Positions 59,589-64,000 of a stretch of 64,000 nucleotides of DNA are shown here, piece after piece. The position numbers and the translations under genes were made by a program. This DNA comes from Chiloscyllium plagiosum. Taxonomy: Eukaryota. The DNA is taken from assembly GCF_004010195.1 (NCBI RefSeq), contig NC_057737.1, positions 19,876,327-19,940,326 on the forward strand. The letters are read 5' to 3'. How positions within the stretch are numbered: position 1 is the first letter of the stretch; the number at the start of each line of letters is the position of its first letter. The notes below the pieces were generated by a model, which had not been told where the DNA came from, did not search any database, and saw only the letters and a list, made by a program, of their open reading frames with translations.

Positions 59589-61268
59589 ATCCCGAAGTCT
59601 GCCTTGGAGGACGGTCACCCGAAGACCCGAGGCCGAGTGTGCTTAACCACTGAAGTGTTCCCTGATTGGGAGTGTATTTTGTAATTCTATCTTACCCTTT
59701 ATTCAGCAACAGATCTCACTCTCAAAAAGGTTTCAAGCTCAGAAGAAACCAGAATCTAAAAAAGTATTTTGTAAGGTGAGCAATTTTAAGGGCTGGTCTC
59801 GTATCTTTCATCATGTTATCAAATCCTAGCTCTTAGCTTTGTCGGTGTGTATCTGCACCACATTGGACCTGCAGCCTCTCAATGATTAAAAACAAAAGTT
59901 CTATTCAATGATATTGGCACCTTGTTAAATCCAATAATTCTAAAAATGTCTGCTGATAAATAGCACTGAGTTTTGTGGTGTAGCTAATTATAGAACCTGC
60001 TAATACTGTACAACTGCAGCACATATATTAATTCATGTGAATGTGCAGCTAGGTTTCAATATGTAAGCAATGAGAGGTTGTCCACATTAACTAGTAAAGA
60101 GCTGAGAACTTAACAGATTTATATTTGGTTGGATATATATCTCCTACTATTTCAGTTAAAATGTGTCAGTGAGTGTGTATCAAGCTGGTAATTTGATTCC
60201 AATTATAAAACAAGAGGGATTTCATTAGGTTATGTTATCCTGACTTGAACAGTTGTAAGTGAAGTGTAATTTGACTTTAAGACAGTACCTATGATTATTC
60301 TCAGGAATCCAAGCTCATTTTGAACATTTTGTTCATTTATTATTAATGTATTTCATTTTAATTAAAACTCCTAGAGCAAGCACTGTAAAGCATGGCGATG
60401 GAGGATATTACAGTGATACATGGTATTCCACTTGCATCGAGCAATAGGTCACAAGAATTCATCAACTAACTACTCAGCAGCATCAGTGAGAGAAAAATTG
60501 TCTTCGGCGAGTAGCTTTCAACAGTCAATTGGTGCTGCATGATGCTGAGCACCACCTTAAGGATGCTGGCTGAGAAATTGTGGATGGCATGACAATGTAT
60601 CAAGGCATGAGGCTTTACAAAAGTCGAAGTAATTTAAAAATGGAGCATACTTTACAAAAAAGTGTCTTATTCTCTCAAACAAAAGACACAAATCTTCCAT
60701 TTGCTATTTCACTCCATTAATTTGCAAAATGATGAGGAGCCAGTCGGAAATGGGATAAGCTGAAACTTGTCAAACTGAAAATTTATGTTATATAAAGAAG
60801 ACTTTGTTCCAGAGAGCTTTTATGAAGCTGTTTTCTCAGCACAGATGTTCCAAAGGAGGTCCGATAACCGAGATCTTATCAGCTTCTGTCTATCCATCAC
60901 CAAATTGATTGGCACAGCTACTGTGTGCTAACAACTGCTGTGCAGTTTGTTTTTATCTGATGTTCTTTTTTGGAAGGAAGAAAAGGAGTTACCTGGATTG
61001 TGCAAATATTTGCATCAGAATCTCCCACTCAGAAATATGTGTTGTGTCTATATTATGTTATGCCTCATTTGGGGAACCCACTGGAAATCAAGTCCTACTA
61101 TTCCTGTAGATGTCACAAAAGCTAAATGTTTTACAGAGGTGTGCAAAATTCCTAATTTTCAGACCCGGGTTGACAGAAAACTTGGCCCATGTTCCTGTAC
61201 TTAACAAGAATTATGATTTATTACAAGTAAATAGGTTCGAGCCACAGGTAAATAATATTAACCATCTC

Positions 61269-61331
61269 TTGTGGACTTGTTGGGCTGAAGGGCCTGTTTC
61301 CACACTATAAGTAATCTAATCTAATCTAATC
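61269..61331 (+). mobile_element. HE1/HER1 3' tail fragment with (TAATC)n
   Basis: TGTGGACTTGTTGGGCTGAAGGGCCTGTTTCCACACT + TAATC repeats. Confidence 0.75.
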
Positions 61332-62559
61332 TGCATGTTATACAATTGGTTAAAACTCTGATCCTCTTATAAACTCCCCCTTACACACAGACAGTGCAGC
61401 CAGGAATAAAAACATGGGTGTTATGGATGAAGGAAAAGACTAGGAAAGCAGTTCAGTGGTCTCTGTTCATAAGATATGCTGAGATAACTCTTGTACTGAA
61501 CAGAACGCTGCTTCTCCAAATGCTTTCACTGGTTTGCAGGAGGTAAAGGCTGGCTGGTCCACCCTTAAAACTATAAATTATAACTATAAAATTATAAATT
61601 GAAAATCATATCTTAAAGCAACTGCTGAAAGAAAAATAAACTGGTTTCTTCAGGCTTATTGTGGTTTTTACTGTAGAGAGCTTCTGGAGATCAGATGGCT
61701 TCTCACTATTTGGTCCACACCTCCAAGCTATTCTGTTACCTGAGATTCAATCACAGGCAGGAGGCCTTTGTCATCAACAATTAGTCATTAGTCACAGAGC
61801 ATTATTGGCTGAATCTCCATTTGTACACACCTGCTCATCTGCAAAGTACACTTCAGCTACTGCTTCCACAAGCTGCTGTGTAAATGGCACTTATAATGAG
61901 TTTCAGGTTGCTTCCTTTTAAAAACTGCATTAATCTTTTGACAATATTTGATTTTTAGAACTGTTTTTTTTTCCCCATTTCAGTCCACAATTTAGAACAG
62001 AATGATAAAAATACCCTGTCTTTACAATTCCCAATCCACCATTTACCTGATGGCACTGCATCTCTGTAACTATCACCTGGATTTGAAGACGTAGCCATGA
62101 AAACACTCTTTTTTTGTCATTAGTTTTTTGATTGATTTTATGTACCTAATAAAGACAGGGCATATTTAGAAACACAGACTGGTCATAGCTCATCTCGTCT
62201 ATGCTGGCTACGAAAGGAGCAATTCAGCTGATGCCATTTCCCTGCCATTTTTGCTGTATTATTGCAATGTGTTTTCTTCTAAGATTGTGATTCAGTTTCC
62301 TTTAGAATTCAATGATTAAACATGCTTCCACCACACTCTCAAGTTTTTAATTCTGATAATGAAGGATATTGGTCCTCCTGTAATGTCTTGTACACTTCCA
62401 GCAGTTGTTGTATAATGTTGCCCAACATGCAGGATTAAAGATGGGGCTATAGTTCTTGGATTTCTATTGAAGTATGTATTATGATTGTTTCTTGGGGATT
62501 AACAGTGACGTGAGCACTATGCTATAGGTCCTCACTGCCATATCTCTGCCTGCTGCATT

Positions 62560-63135
62560 ACTCATAAGCCTAGGTGACCAGCTTTAGTTGAATAAAGAGT
62601 GTAGGAGAGAATACCGAGACAACAGTAGGTGTACTTGAAAATGAGGTGCTAACCTGGTGGACTTTTACACAGCAAGGCTAAATGTGTGACAAACAGCAGA
62701 AACACAGTACCGTACAGACAGAGCTAAGTGGTCTCTTAACCAACAACTCAAGCATTAAATGCTCAATCCTGTCATGCACAGCAGTGGACTAATGGGAGGA
62801 GGAGAAGACTCTGAATATACCCACCTTCTACAATGGCAGAGCCCAACAAATGTCTGCAAAAGCACAGGGTGAAGTGTTGGCAACCGTCTTCAGCCTGAAG
62901 TGCTGAGTATAAACTCCTTCACAGCCTCTTCAGGACCACTTCACCACTGCTCAAGGACACTTAGGACTGAAAAATAAAGGTTGGCCTTTCCAGTGACCAG
63001 CACAGCTTATGAATGAATAATAAAGAAAGCATGGATGCTAGTCTATAGCCAAATCATTTCACTCCGTATGACATCAGGAAAGAGATAAGCGTATTGGAGA
63101 TGACAAAGGCTACATGTCTCAACCTCGATTCTACA
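62560..63135 (+). mobile_element. Decayed CR1-group LINE internal fragment with nested 3' tail
   Basis: Degenerate IPT..NGRAQQMSAKAQGEVLATVFSLKC linker; tail at ~62940-63020 resembles the 37830/44820 tails. Confidence 0.5.
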
Positions 63136-63689
63136 ACTGTTTTCCGTCCCCCAATTTAAATTGAACTAGTAAAGCTAAAAAGAACAGTCAATATAATTAC
63201 ATGAATTATTTGCTGTCTTCCCTTTATTTCCCATCAACTGTTCTGACTTAAGTTCTAATCAAGTATGAGAGAGTTTCTGATGTATTGAGAATAATTGTAC
63301 CATTTAATTCACCTGTAAGTGTTTTCTTAGCCTCAGAGTGTGTGAAGTGATTATATAAGATTCTCACCACAACCATAAAAATATTTTACACCAATTGTTA
63401 ATGAAGTCATTTCTGATGCTGTCAAGGAGATATGAAAAACTGTTTTCAGGCTGGGTCTGAGTAGTTAATGCTTAAGTCAGAAGGTTGCTGTGGAGACATG
63501 GTGTGTCCCACCAAAGATTTCATACTCCAGCCTACACTCTGGTAGCATTTTCTGATAATATGGGCAAATACTGGTGTTTGATCAGAAAAGCCATACCAAT
63601 TGTTTTATAAAAACCTTTCATCGTTTTGTTTCATCACTGAACATAAACATTTATTCTGTGATTCTACTGTGATAAAATTCAATTAAATA

Positions 63690-64000
63690 TTGTCATGCTC
63701 ACCTTCATTGGCTGGGGCATTGAATATGAAAGTTGGCAAGTTAGATTACAAACATATAAAATTTCACTTGGACCATGTTTGGAATATTGCATGCAGTTCT
63801 GGTCACTACACTATCAGGAGGACATGAATGCTTTGGAGAGGGGCAGAGAAGGTTGACCAGGACGTTGCCTAGCCTGGATGGTTTTAGTTATGAAGAGAGT
63901 ATGGATAAACTCAGATTGTTTTCACTGGAAAGACTGGCACTGAGGGGCAATCTGATAGAGGTCTACGAATGATGAGAGTAGTAGGTAAGGTGGATAGTCA
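63690..64000 (+). mobile_element. CR1 RT C-terminal fragment, runs off the window
   Basis: LEYCMQFWS...QRRLTRTLPSLDGFSYEESMDKLRLFSLERLALRGNLIEVY. Confidence 0.8.

Larger units (their letters stand above)
58087..59672 (-). mobile_element. Neptune-type PLE 3' portion interrupted by a Tx1/L1 insertion
   Basis: Joined rc reads LPIREHFSG*AHSASGLRVTVLQGRLRDMQQCRVTEQRRIAKFSTHEDGLNQDLEFMSDYR*. The 3' UTR carries a (CA/CT)n tract and the terminus shared with 26783/49948, with a mutated hammerhead at 58180-58208 (CTGACCA...GAAAGCTA). Confidence 0.82.

Overview
This is AT-rich vertebrate genomic DNA, almost certainly from a cartilaginous fish (shark): it carries HE1-type V-SINEs, HER1/CR1 LINEs and Deu-domain SINEs. 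The whole window appears to lie inside a SEZ6 (seizure protein 6) gene on the + strand. Only two coding exons are visible: a sushi/CCP exon at 7997-8191 and a CUB exon at 17981-18119. The rest is intron packed with decayed retroelements (CR1, Rex1/Babar, RTE, L2-like, Tx1/L1, solo LTRs, SINEs), plus a 191-N gap. Nearly all ORF-track entries are TE remnants or noise. The most notable signal is a dense population of Penelope-like element (PLE) 3'-end insertions from about five families. They carry minimal hammerhead ribozyme motifs (CTGAnGA-stem II-GAAA overlapping a palindromic ACGT/AGCT). Many are tail-out palindromes with a one-sided 27-45 nt tail and 10-16 bp target-site duplications (TSDs). 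Intact hammerheads are mostly antisense to SEZ6. PLE hammerheads are known in general, so what may be new is this multi-family micro-palindrome architecture and its strand bias. All family names come from recalled motifs, not database searches, and most TE boundaries are approximate.
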